DNA of 64,000 bases from an uncultured Gemmatimonadales bacterium. GTDB taxonomy: Bacteria > Gemmatimonadota > Gemmatimonadetes > Gemmatimonadales > Gemmatimonadaceae. The position numbers and the translations under genes are program-made. The notes below the pieces were generated by a model that worked only from the letters and a program-made list of their open reading frames with translations, ran no database searches and was not told the origin of the DNA. The stretch spans positions 1,056,001-1,120,000 of the forward strand of contig CAVPQB010000004.1 of assembly GCA_963707505.1 (NCBI GenBank), read 5' to 3'. Positions within the stretch are counted from its first letter, which is position 1, and each line of letters begins with the position of its first letter. Below, piece after piece: positions 24,066 through 33,833 of this stretch.

Positions 24066-24096
24066 TTGACATGAAGTGCTGATTTTTCACCATATA
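24066..24096 (+). promoter_or_regulatory. Internal promoter carrying the same operator-like palindrome
   Basis: TTGACA at 24066 followed by TGCTGA-TTTT-TCACCA (24077-92). Confidence 0.65.
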
Positions 24097-24135
24097 GCCC
24101 GGTACAGAGACATGGGCAATCACGGAGGAGGAACG

Positions 24136-25504
24136 ATGTTGAGAATCATTGGAGCAATTGCGGCAGCGGCGTTCGTGTCGACCGCAAGCGCGGTCAGGCA
24201 CGACCACTCATCGCTCGGCGCGGTCGGCGACGACAGCGCATCCTTCGACGTGAGCGCACTGCTCGCCGCCGCGCACGGAGTATCGCCAAACGTCTGCTCG
24301 CTCGCCGCGAGAGCCGTCGGCAACGGGAGTTGGGGGCGCTCGAGCGACGCGCCGGTGACGCCGCTCGGTACGTCGGCGGATCTCCACGACGCGGTCGACT
24401 CGCGCAATCTTCCTGCTGTCGATGTGACCAGGCTGCTCAGTGCGCTTGGGTCGGACGATCCATGCGTGCGCGAGCTTTCGGTGCGTCTCATCGGTACGCA
24501 GAACAATTCGAGCGTCGCACCGGAGTTGCTCACGCGGCTCACATCCAGCAATGCATCGCTGCGTGCGATCGCCGCGTTCGGACTCGGCCTCGTCGATGCA
24601 AAAACCGCAGTGGATCAACTCATTCATGCGCTCGGCGACGCAACGGCCGACGTGCGCGCCAACTCCGCGTGGGCGCTTGGCAGAATCGAGGACGGGCGCG
24701 CACTGTCGTCACTGGTTTCGCGGTTCAACGATACGTCACCCATAACGCGCGAAGCGGCGGTCATTGCAGTCGGTCGCATGGATTCCACGAGCACGTCGGC
24801 AGCCCTGATACGTACACTGCAACATGACGACGTCGCATCCGTGCGCCGCGCGGCCGCATGGGCGCTCGGAACGCTGGACGCGAAAGATGGGGCGTCAGCA
24901 CTCTCGACGACGCTCACCAACGACAGCGATGCGCGAGTGCGCGAGATGAGCGCCTGGGCGCTTGGCAACCTCGACGACAACGCTGGCGCGAGCGCGCTTC
25001 AGCGTGCGCTACAGAAAGATTCCGACGACAAGGTGCGTGAATCGGCCGCGTGGGCCCTCGGCGAGCTCGGCGAGGCATCCTCTACCGACGCTCTTGCAAG
25101 CGCCGCCGAGTCCGACAGAAGCGTCGAAGGTGCGTGGTACAGCCGCGTGGGCAATCGGTCAGATCGGACATGCCGATGGTCGCGCGGTTGCCGGCCTCAC
25201 CCATCTGTTGAAGGAGACCGATGACAACGTTCGGCTCCGCGCGGCATGGGCGCTGGGCCAGATCGAGGACAGCACCGCTCTGCCGGAGATCGATTCCGCA
25301 CTCGGCATCGAAAAGAACGCCGACGTACGCCGCGCGCTCATCCGGGCTCTCTCCAAATCAGGCGGCAATACCGCTGCGAGAATGCGCGTGCTGATCGACT
25401 CGAAGGATCCGCAGGTGCGTGAGGCCGCCATCCGCTCGCTCGCAGGCGGGCGGGCGTTCGGCCCCTGGCCATGGCCCTCGCCGCGACCGCGACCGTGGCC
25501 GTAA
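24136..25504 (+). CDS. Secreted HEAT-repeat protein; +1 frameshift near 25125
   Basis: GGAGGAGG RBS, signal peptide MLRIIGAIAAAAFVSTASA, about 10 HEAT repeats (VRxxAAWALG), C-terminus paralogous to the M56 protein. Confidence 0.85.
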
Positions 25505-25594
25505 ACCCGCGCCGGTGGCGAGCAACCTTTTGACTGCTGGTAACATCTAACCACGCGATGGCTGAAACCAGACACTCTTCTGAAATAATTACCA

Positions 25595-28336
25595 ATGCAC
25601 GTATATCAGTCCGCAGTTGTCGCGTTGTTCGCCCTGGCACCGCTCGCAACCCACGCCCAGGAAACTGCGGCGTCGTCGATTCATCCGCGCACACCGCCGG
25701 TTGCGGTGGCGTCGCGTCGTGATGGACCCATCATACTCGACGGCAAGCTTGATGACGCCGCATGGAAGGCTGCGACACCGATAACAAAGTTCATACAGCA
25801 ACAACCGCACGAAGGCCTGCCGGCGACGCAAGCCACCGAGATTCGCATTCTCTATGATGATCAGGCGCTGTATATCGGCGCCCGCGTGACCGATTCGACC
25901 GGCGCCAAGGGAATCCGTGCTCCGCTCGCTCGCAGAGACCAGCTACTGGACGCCAGCGGTAACAACGGCTCGTTCAACTCGCTGACGACCGACAAGATCA
26001 TAGTTGTCCTCGATCCCTATCACAATCACATCGACGAGGCGTGGTTCGAGGTGAATCCGCAGGGCGTCAAGGGAGATCAGTTCAATGGCGATCCCTCCTG
26101 GGATCCAATATGGGAAGCTGCCACACACATCGATTCGCTCGGCTGGACCGCAGAGATGCGTATCCCGTTTTCGCAGCTGAGATTCTCGCGTGATTCCGTG
26201 CAGACATGGGGAATGGAAATCTGGCGTTACGTGGATCGGCTCAATGAGCAGGACATGTGGGCGTACTGGAAAACGAGCGAGTCAGGAGGGCCGGCCTACT
26301 ACGGTCATCTCACGGGGCTGAAGATAGTTCCGCAACCGCGCCAATTCGAGCTGCTGCCATACGTCCTGAGCGGTGTACACTCAAAGTACGCGGCGCCGAC
26401 CGATCCATTCCACAAGTCGACTTCGAGCACTCTCGCGGCGGGCATGGATCTCAAATATCTGTTGACATCGAATCTCACTCTCGATGCAACGGTCAATCCC
26501 GACTTCGGTCAGGTGGAAGTCGATCCCGCGACGATCAATCTGTCCGCATACGAAACGTACTACGACGAGAAGCGCCCGTTCTTTGTGTCGGGTAGCAGCG
26601 CTTTCGATTACGGCGGAATGAACTGCAACTTCTGCAGCAATACTTCCAACCTCGGCCTCTTCTATTCCAGGCGTATTGGCCGCGCGCCGCAGTTGAACAG
26701 CTTCGTCGACGGTATCTCCGCGTTCAGCGATCTGCCCAATACGACGTCGATACTTGGCGCTGCCAAGATTACCGGACGCACGGCCGGTGGCATCACCGTG
26801 GGCATGCTCGACGCGCTTACAAACCGGGAGAGCGCCACGTACGTCGCATCGCCGGGCGGACCGACAGTGACCCAGGAGGTCGAGCCGCTCAGCAACTATT
26901 TCGTCGGCAGGGCGAAGAAGGACTTGCGCGACGGGGCAACGACCATCGGCGGAATGTTCACATCCGTCGCGCGGCAGATGAACGACACCATTCTTTCCGA
27001 TCGTCTGCGCACTCATGCGGAAGCCGTCGGACTCGATTGGAATCATCGGTGGAGTCATCGTGACTACGACTGGATGGGATCCATCGCGGCGTCGAATGTC
27101 GCTGGCTCACCGCAGGCAATCGGCCTTACCGAGCAGTCGAGCGCACACTACTTCCAGCGGCCAGACCGCCGCGTGCGCAGCGACGGATTGTTCGGCGCTG
27201 CATATGACTCCAACGCAACCTCGTTGCGCGGCTACGGATTGTATACCAGAGTGGCGAAGAACAGCGGCAACTGGATCTGGGAGACGGCTCAGAATTGGCG
27301 CAGTCCCGGATTCGAGGTCAACGATCTGTCGTATCTCGATCGCGCCGACTATAAGTGGATGAACTTCAACGTCGGTTACAACTGGAGTCTTCCGGGCAGC
27401 TGGTATCGCAGCGCGACACTACTCGGCGGTGGCCAGCAGCAATTCAACTACGATGGCGACCGCACTGATCAGCAGGCGCAGGTGTTCACGCAGATCAACT
27501 TCCTCAACTACTGGAGACTGCGCAGCTTCTACATATATCATCCGGCTGTGCTCGACGATCGCCTGACGCGTGGTGGCCCAGTGGTCATGCGTAGCGGCTA
27601 CAAGATACTGATGGGTCAGATCTCGACCGATCCGCGCGCACGCGCCGTGTTCGACGTCTCCGTGCAGGGCGGTCCGAGCGTCGGTGGGCGAGGCCATCAG
27701 GTATCTATCGCGCCGGGAATCGCGTTGAAGCCGGCATCCAGCATCTTCATCAGCCTCACGCCGACATTCAGCTCGAGCGAGGACGACGCGCAGTACGTGA
27801 CAACAGAGAACGACCCGACTGCGACGGCGTTCTACGGCCATCGTTACGTGTTCGCCTACCTCAAGGCTGACACCTGGTCACTCGATACGCGCATCAACTG
27901 GACCTTCACGCCGAATCTCACGCTGCAGCTGTACGCGCAGCCCTACTTCTCCAGCGGCGACTACGGGTCGTTCCGTGAATTTGCGGCGCCGCGTACAATC
28001 AGGAAGGTCATCTACGGCAAGGACGCGGGCACCATCGTGCGCGCACCAGCAACTGCGACATCGGGAGCGACGTACACAGTCGATCCCGACGGCGCGGGAC
28101 CAGCGAAGCCGTTCAGTTTCGGCGATCCGAACTTCGCATATCGCTCCCTGATCGGAAACGCGGTCCTGCGGTGGGAGTACCGTCCAGGCTCGACCGTGTT
28201 CTTCGTCTGGACTCAGACGCGCTCCGGCACGGACGATGTAGGTAACTTCGACTTCACACGCGACCGCACCGCACTGCTGAGCGACAGACCGACGAACATT
28301 TTCCAGATCAAGGTGAATTACTGGTTGGGAAGGTAG
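25595..28336 (+). CDS. Secreted/outer-membrane protein with CBM9-like N-domain and DUF5916-like domain
   Basis: Signal peptide, ILDGKLDDAAW..TEIRILYD, LDATVNPDFGQVEVD, EKRPFF, LFYSRRIG, beta-rich C-terminus ending FQIKVNYWLGR. Confidence 0.8.
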   Translation: MHVYQSAVVALFALAPLATHAQETAASSIHPRTPPVAVASRRDGPIILDGKLDDAAWKAATPITKFIQQQPHEGLPATQATEIRILYDDQALYIGARVTDSTGAKGIRAPLARRDQLLDASGNNGSFNSLTTDKIIVVLDPYHNHIDEAWFEVNPQGVKGDQFNGDPSWDPIWEAATHIDSLGWTAEMRIPFSQLRFSRDSVQTWGMEIWRYVDRLNEQDMWAYWKTSESGGPAYYGHLTGLKIVPQPRQFELLPYVLSGVHSKYAAPTDPFHKSTSSTLAAGMDLKYLLTSNLTLDATVNPDFGQVEVDPATINLSAYETYYDEKRPFFVSGSSAFDYGGMNCNFCSNTSNLGLFYSRRIGRAPQLNSFVDGISAFSDLPNTTSILGAAKITGRTAGGITVGMLDALTNRESATYVASPGGPTVTQEVEPLSNYFVGRAKKDLRDGATTIGGMFTSVARQMNDTILSDRLRTHAEAVGLDWNHRWSHRDYDWMGSIAASNVAGSPQAIGLTEQSSAHYFQRPDRRVRSDGLFGAAYDSNATSLRGYGLYTRVAKNSGNWIWETAQNWRSPGFEVNDLSYLDRADYKWMNFNVGYNWSLPGSWYRSATLLGGGQQQFNYDGDRTDQQAQVFTQINFLNYWRLRSFYIYHPAVLDDRLTRGGPVVMRSGYKILMGQISTDPRARAVFDVSVQGGPSVGGRGHQVSIAPGIALKPASSIFISLTPTFSSSEDDAQYVTTENDPTATAFYGHRYVFAYLKADTWSLDTRINWTFTPNLTLQLYAQPYFSSGDYGSFREFAAPRTIRKVIYGKDAGTIVRAPATATSGATYTVDPDGAGPAKPFSFGDPNFAYRSLIGNAVLRWEYRPGSTVFFVWTQTRSGTDDVGNFDFTRDRTALLSDRPTNIFQIKVNYWLGR

Positions 28337-28401
28337 GCTTCGTACCAGTGGATCTCGCGAGCGCTAGATTCACTGGTATCACCGCCAGTCAGGAGGGGGA
28401 C

Positions 28402-28746
28402 ATGCAACACGTCGCACCTTTGGCCTCGCCGCGGGAGAGTATCTTCGCGGTTCTGGCGTCGGCCGCTCGAAGACTCTCGTATGGCGATCTATCAGTGATC
28501 GCGGCTGCCAGCGGAGCCGTTGCGCTCGCGGCAGCCGCGATCGACCATGCATCGTGGATGCTGCTCTCTGCGTGCTACGTCGTCTGGTGTTTTGCGGGGT
28601 GGGGGATTCTGTTCCACACCTCGACCCCTCGAACCGCTCGCTGGAAAGCCTTCCAGTGGACCATCGTCGGGTCGGCCAGTGCGGTCGCCGTCATCTTCGG
28701 CGTCGGTGTTTTTTTCTGGGCGCTTGGTCCGCGCTGGGTGTTGTAG
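28402..28746 (+). CDS. Small hypothetical membrane protein (about 3 TM)
   Basis: AGGAGG RBS before ATG 28402; hydrophobic segments. Confidence 0.6.
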   Translation: MQHVAPLASPRESIFAVLASAARRLSYGDLSVIAAASGAVALAAAAIDHASWMLLSACYVVWCFAGWGILFHTSTPRTARWKAFQWTIVGSASAVAVIFGVGVFFWALGPRWVL

Positions 28747-28861
28747 CTCCGCCAAAAAAAGGTACCGCCGGATAATATCCGGCACCTCGCGAATGGACTG
28801 CGGATCGTAGGTTGGGGGCGAGTCAAAGTTGCCGCTTCACTTGCCCGGTCGTCCTCGAACG

Positions 28862-29989
28862 ATGCCAAACAGACACGCGAGAGCCATACGCGCGGCCGTA
28901 ATCGTCGCGTCCCTTCTAGCCGTCACCGCGCCCGCGCTTCTCGCGCAGGCGGTGCCCGCGACGAACGCCAAGGCTGCCAGAGCAACACCCTCGGTCGTCA
29001 AACACACCGTCAAGACGGGCGACACACTATGGGACATCGCCAAGTTCTACCTGAAAGACCCCTTCAGGTGGCCTGAAGTCTTCCACGCGAATACCGACAT
29101 CGTCAAGAACCCGCACTGGATCTATCCCGGCCAGGTTCTCACGATCGACGGATCGGCAGTCAAGCCGGAAGTCGCGGCTCGGGTGGATTCCACGGGCTTC
29201 GTCGTCGCTCAGATCCAGACCCGCGCCCAGGCGGCGACGGTGTTTGCCGAGCATCAGACCACAGTCGATGAAAGGCTCGCGGCGGCAACTGCGATTCCAC
29301 CGGCTCTCACGGTGCGTCCCGGTGAATACGAGGCCGCTCCGTACGTCGTAGCAGAGAAGGGAAGCCTCGAAGCGGGTCGCGTCATCGGACCCGTCGACCG
29401 GCCAGCACTCGGCCTTTCATCCGACGCCGGCTACCGCCTGTTCGACCGGATCTACATAACCATTCCCTCAGGCGTGAACGTCGGAGACATGGTGGTAGTC
29501 GCCAAAACCGACGAAACCATCGCCGACGTCGGCCGTGTCATCGAGCCGACCGCCATCATGCGCATCGACTCGCTTGGCGCCAAATCCCAGGCAATCGGCA
29601 CTATCGTAAAGCAGTTTGGAACAGTCGTTCCAGGACAGGGCGTCGTGTTGCCCGGACGATCGTTCGAAAGGACGTCGACGCGTCCGGTTGCCGGCAGCTA
29701 CCCGCTCACTGCCAAGCTGGTATGGGTGCAGGGCGCGCCGAGGCTTCCCTCGATTCAGACGTACGTTATTCTCGCCGCTGGCGAGGCCAAGGGGGTACGC
29801 CCAGGAGATCAGTTTACGGTCCTCAGTGACGGGCGCTTCAGTGATGGAACGCGGGCCCCCTTGAGCGCAACGGCGCGCGTGACAGTGGTTCGTGTCACGC
29901 CGTTCGGTGCCAGCGCGATCGTCGTACATCAGGATCAACCCGAGATCCAGACGGGAATGGCGACTCGTCTCACGGCGAAGATGCCATAA
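28862..29989 (+). CDS. LysM peptidoglycan-binding protein
   Basis: Signal peptide; HTVKTGDTLWDIAKFYLKDPFRWPEV..IVKNPHWIYPGQVL. Confidence 0.88.
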   Translation: MPNRHARAIRAAVIVASLLAVTAPALLAQAVPATNAKAARATPSVVKHTVKTGDTLWDIAKFYLKDPFRWPEVFHANTDIVKNPHWIYPGQVLTIDGSAVKPEVAARVDSTGFVVAQIQTRAQAATVFAEHQTTVDERLAAATAIPPALTVRPGEYEAAPYVVAEKGSLEAGRVIGPVDRPALGLSSDAGYRLFDRIYITIPSGVNVGDMVVVAKTDETIADVGRVIEPTAIMRIDSLGAKSQAIGTIVKQFGTVVPGQGVVLPGRSFERTSTRPVAGSYPLTAKLVWVQGAPRLPSIQTYVILAAGEAKGVRPGDQFTVLSDGRFSDGTRAPLSATARVTVVRVTPFGASAIVVHQDQPEIQTGMATRLTAKMP

Positions 29990-30061
29990 CCCGATGTCGT
30001 AAAGACGATGTCACTATGCACGACGCCGGCTTAGATTTGGCGTTTTGCCGACGGAGTTGTA

Positions 30062-30781
30062 GTGATTCAGATATTGGCCTGGGCACAGGTCGGCGTGGTG
30101 CCGACCACGCCGCTCGATATGGTGGTCAGCGCGACCGCGCCGACGAAGATCGTACTCGGCGTCCTCATCGCGTTGTCGCTCATCAGCTGGGCGATCATGT
30201 TCGCGAAGTGGGCGCAATTTCGCGGAATAACGCGCAAGTCGAGTGCTTTCATGCTGAACTTCGAGCGTGCCTCATCGTTCGAGGCAGCGGTGGATGCGGC
30301 ACGTCAATCGAGTGATCTGCCGCACGGCCGCGTTCTGCGTCGGGCGAGCGAGTTTCTGCGTGAAGTAACGCCCGCGCTCGCCGCAACAGCGGGGCGAGCA
30401 GCGAAATTCAGCGGATCACAGGTCGAAGCGCTCCGCCTCGTGCTCGACGCCGAGACGAACGCCGCGCGCGACAGACTGTCTCGTTACGTCCCGTCGCTCG
30501 GAACGATCGGCTCGGTCAGCCCGCTCATCGGCCTCTTTGGCACTGTGCTTGGCGTGATCGAGGCGTTCATCGGGATCGCGTCACAGGGCTCGGGCAACAT
30601 CGGTGCTGTTGCGCCCGGTGTCGCAGAGGCGCTGATAGCTACCGCGGCCGCGCTTGCCGTCGCAATCCCGGCGGTGTTCGGCTACAATCTGTTCGCAAAT
30701 CGGTTGAATCGCATCGACAGCGAGTTGGAGGGTTTCGGCACGGAGCTCATCGCCCTTCTGGTGCGCGAGGGACGGATCTAG
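30062..30781 (+). CDS. tolQ: MotA/TolQ/ExbB proton channel protein
   Basis: SPLIGLFGTVLGVI, VAPGVAEALIATAAAL.VAIPA; first gene of the tol-pal cluster. Confidence 0.88.
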   Translation: MIQILAWAQVGVVPTTPLDMVVSATAPTKIVLGVLIALSLISWAIMFAKWAQFRGITRKSSAFMLNFERASSFEAAVDAARQSSDLPHGRVLRRASEFLREVTPALAATAGRAAKFSGSQVEALRLVLDAETNAARDRLSRYVPSLGTIGSVSPLIGLFGTVLGVIEAFIGIASQGSGNIGAVAPGVAEALIATAAALAVAIPAVFGYNLFANRLNRIDSELEGFGTELIALLVREGRI

Positions 30782-31204
30782 GTGGCGAACCGCGGCCGTC
30801 GGCGTCGGGAGCGGCTCCCGATCAACGCCGAGATCAATGTTGTGAGCCTCATCGACGTGATGATGCTGCTGATGGTCATCTTCATGATCACAGCGCCCAT
30901 CATGCAGGGCGGGGTCGATGTGGCGCTTCCCAAGGCTGAAGCGCGACCCCTCGAAGCCAAGAGCGGATTGGTTGTGACGGTGAATCGCGCCGGTGAGATA
31001 TTCGTCGACAAGGACAAGCTCACGTACGAGCAATTCCGGGCGAGCTTCAAGGCGCTGGCGAGCCAGCACGGGAAGAACGGCGTGTATCTTCGCGCCGATC
31101 AGGGTGTACCCTATGGCATGGTGGTAAGAGTACTGGCCGTGATGCGAGCGAGCGGGTCCACCGACGTCGGCCTCGTCGCCGAGCCGGAGGACATGCCGCG
31201 TTGA
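30782..31204 (+). CDS. tolR: ExbD/TolR protein
   Basis: EINVVSLIDVMMLLMVIFMITAP, LRADQGVPYGMVV. Confidence 0.88.
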   Translation: MANRGRRRRERLPINAEINVVSLIDVMMLLMVIFMITAPIMQGGVDVALPKAEARPLEAKSGLVVTVNRAGEIFVDKDKLTYEQFRASFKALASQHGKNGVYLRADQGVPYGMVVRVLAVMRASGSTDVGLVAEPEDMPR

Positions 31205-31902
31205 ATAGTAGCGAGCGCGATGGTGGACTCACCGGGTCGCTGGGTGTGTCCGCTGTGGTGCATCTGACGATTCTCGGCCTGGCTATCTGGGCACTCCGGC
31301 CGGGTCCGCCGGTGGTCCTTCCCCCGATCTACAAGGTCGATATCGTCGCCGCGCCGCCAGGCCCGCGCGCCATCGGCGAGGTCACGCGGGCGCCGGCTCC
31401 GCCGAATCCCGCTCCCACGCCGCCCAAGATGCGCGAGACGCCATCGTCGGTGCCACCCGCGCCAAGCAAGGCCCCGCCAGCGCCCACGACGCGGGCCACA
31501 CCGGTAGAAGCTCCGCCCAAGAAGGCCGCGCCAGCCACCAAGGCCCCGAAGGCCGGAGGCGGGCCTACAGGCGGCCGTGGTACTGACGTCGCTACCGTAC
31601 AGACAGCTGGCATCGACTTTCCATTTCCCGGGTATCTCAACAACATCGTTCGGCAGATTGCGCTGAACTTTCGCGTCAAGAACCCGAACTCACCGTTGAG
31701 TGCGACCATGTCATTTCTCATTCATCGCGATGGCAGCGTCACGGACGTGAAATTCGTCAACCGGTCCGGTGTTTATTCGTTCGATCTGGAGGCTCAGGGT
31801 GCGATCGAGCGAGCTTCGTCATCGTTCGGTCCGCTTCCCGACGGTTTCCGGGATGATGTTCTCCCCGTAGTTTTCAGTTTCGATCCTCGTTTCCTGCAGT
31901 GA
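31201..31902 (+). CDS. TolA/TonB-like energy transducer
   Basis: N-terminal TM with SxxxH, Pro-rich linker, TonB_C-like end (RSG..FD..A..AI, FGPLP). Confidence 0.8.
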   Translation: MNSSERDGGLTGSLGVSAVVHLTILGLAIWALRPGPPVVLPPIYKVDIVAAPPGPRAIGEVTRAPAPPNPAPTPPKMRETPSSVPPAPSKAPPAPTTRATPVEAPPKKAAPATKAPKAGGGPTGGRGTDVATVQTAGIDFPFPGYLNNIVRQIALNFRVKNPNSPLSATMSFLIHRDGSVTDVKFVNRSGVYSFDLEAQGAIERASSSFGPLPDGFRDDVLPVVFSFDPRFLQ

Positions 31903-33218
31903 TGCAACTCAAACAAATATTTATTGCCGCGGTCGCCAGCTCGGCGCTCGCGTTGGCGCCGGCTGCGGCCCGCGCACAGAACCCCACGGTGCCCGAAGGC
32001 GTCCGCCTCGGACTCAACTATACGCTTGGCACCAAGCCGGGCGTCCTCGTGCTGCCCATGGATTCCGTGGGCGGCGATTCCGTACGTGCGATACTTCAGC
32101 GCGACATCGATTACGACGATCGAGCGACGGTTATAACGCTCGACGACGAGTCGGCGCGTGGGATGATGCCGAAAACGGGTGACGACTTCAACTACCCGCT
32201 CTTCGCCAAGCTCGGTGTCGTTGCGATCCTGCGTCCGCAGCGCTCGCTGACGGGAATCACGATCACGATGTACGACGTCGCGGGCAAGAAGCGGATTCAG
32301 ATCGGCGGCTTTCCGCTCACGGATCAGGTCAACTCGCCGGCGTGGCGGATGGCCGTGCATCGTGCAAGTGATGAGGTCGAGCGCTGGATTTTCGGCACTC
32401 CAGGTGCGGCGACAACCCGAATCCTGTTCAGCGGCGGTGACAAGCAGATCTGGGTGATCGACAGCGATGGCGAGAACGCGCGCAAGCTGACGTCGGTGAC
32501 GCTCGCGATGTCTGCTGCATGGAGCCCGGACGCCACCAAGTTCGTCTTCTGCGGCTTCACGCCGAGCGGCTCGCAAATCGCGGTGTACAGCTTCATCACG
32601 GGCGATCTGCACTGGTTGAGCGGTACTGCGCGTGGTCTCAACATCACGCCTACCTATTCACCAGACGGGCGAACCATCGCGTACGCTAGCGGAAGCGAAG
32701 GTGGCACGGACATAATGGTGATGCAGGAGGGCGATGCGTCGCCGTCGCGCCGGATCACCGTCGGTAGGGGGAGTGACAATACGTCGCCTGCATTCAGTCC
32801 GGACGGGCGTCAGATCGCTTTCATGTCCGGTCGCGCTGGGCATCCGGAGGTCTATACGATGGACGCTGACGGCACCAATCCTTCATTGCTCACGGAGTTC
32901 ACGTATGGCGAGCAGGCCTATCGTGCGTCGCCGGACTGGGCGCCGGACGGCCGGAGGATCGCGTACGAGTCACGGATCGACGGCAACTTTCAGATCATGA
33001 CGATCGATATGCGGGACCGCTCGACCAAGCAGTACACCAGCGACGGTCAGAACGAAGATCCTGCGTGGGCACCGGACTCGCGTCACATGGTATTCTCATC
33101 GACGCGCACGGGACCACGCCAGCTGTGGGTGCTCGATGCCGAGTCAGGGCGCATGCGTCAGCTGACTCACGCCGCCGGTGCGCGGCTGGCCTCGTGGTCC
33201 CCGATCCTCAAACCCTAA
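31899..33218 (+). CDS. tolB: TolB periplasmic beta-propeller protein
   Basis: Signal peptide, PD40 repeats (WSPD, YSPDG, FSPDG, WAPDG); position in the tol-pal operon. Confidence 0.85.
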   Translation: MMQLKQIFIAAVASSALALAPAAARAQNPTVPEGVRLGLNYTLGTKPGVLVLPMDSVGGDSVRAILQRDIDYDDRATVITLDDESARGMMPKTGDDFNYPLFAKLGVVAILRPQRSLTGITITMYDVAGKKRIQIGGFPLTDQVNSPAWRMAVHRASDEVERWIFGTPGAATTRILFSGGDKQIWVIDSDGENARKLTSVTLAMSAAWSPDATKFVFCGFTPSGSQIAVYSFITGDLHWLSGTARGLNITPTYSPDGRTIAYASGSEGGTDIMVMQEGDASPSRRITVGRGSDNTSPAFSPDGRQIAFMSGRAGHPEVYTMDADGTNPSLLTEFTYGEQAYRASPDWAPDGRRIAYESRIDGNFQIMTIDMRDRSTKQYTSDGQNEDPAWAPDSRHMVFSSTRTGPRQLWVLDAESGRMRQLTHAAGARLASWSPILKP

Positions 33219-33230
33219 CCCCTCGCGCTA

Positions 33231-33833
33231 ATGCATTCGAGCAAAATCGTACTCGCACTCATCGCGGTGACACTTGTCGCTGCGTGCCACAAGGCCCCGG
33301 CTCCGCTCTCTCCTTCTCCTGTTTCCGGGAATGATTCGCTGGATCGCGCGCGCGCCGATTCCATCGCGCGTGCGAACGCTGCGCGCCAGGCTGAGATCGC
33401 AAGAGCGCAGGCGGAGCAGGACAGTCTGCGCGCGGTGCGTGAGCGCGAGCAGCGCGAGGCCGCGCAGAACGTGGACGCGATGAAGGTGCTTGGCGCGACT
33501 ATCTACTACGATTTCGACAAGGCGGATCTGACGGAGGCCGCGCGATCGCTGCTTCTTGCCAAGGTTCCCGTGTTGCAGGCGCAGCCAACGACGCATTTGC
33601 GCATAACGGGGCACACGGATGATCGTGGGGCGTCCGAATACAATCTTGCGCTTGGCCTGAGGCGCGCAGCAGAAGCGAAGGCATTCCTGGTGAACAACGG
33701 TATCGACGCGAGCCGGCTCGAGATCACGAGCATGGGCGCTGAGCAGCCGGCGGTTCAGGGTGAGAACGAGGAAGCATGGTCGCGCAACCGTCGGTCCGAG
33801 TTCGCGCCGACATCTGGAGGAGCCAGTCAGTGA
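33231..33833 (+). CDS. pal: Peptidoglycan-associated lipoprotein Pal (OmpA-like)
   Basis: Lipobox LVAAC; IYYDFDK, GHTDDRGASEYNLALGLRRA, NRRSEF. Confidence 0.9.
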   Translation: MHSSKIVLALIAVTLVAACHKAPAPLSPSPVSGNDSLDRARADSIARANAARQAEIARAQAEQDSLRAVREREQREAAQNVDAMKVLGATIYYDFDKADLTEAARSLLLAKVPVLQAQPTTHLRITGHTDDRGASEYNLALGLRRAAEAKAFLVNNGIDASRLEITSMGAEQPAVQGENEEAWSRNRRSEFAPTSGGASQ

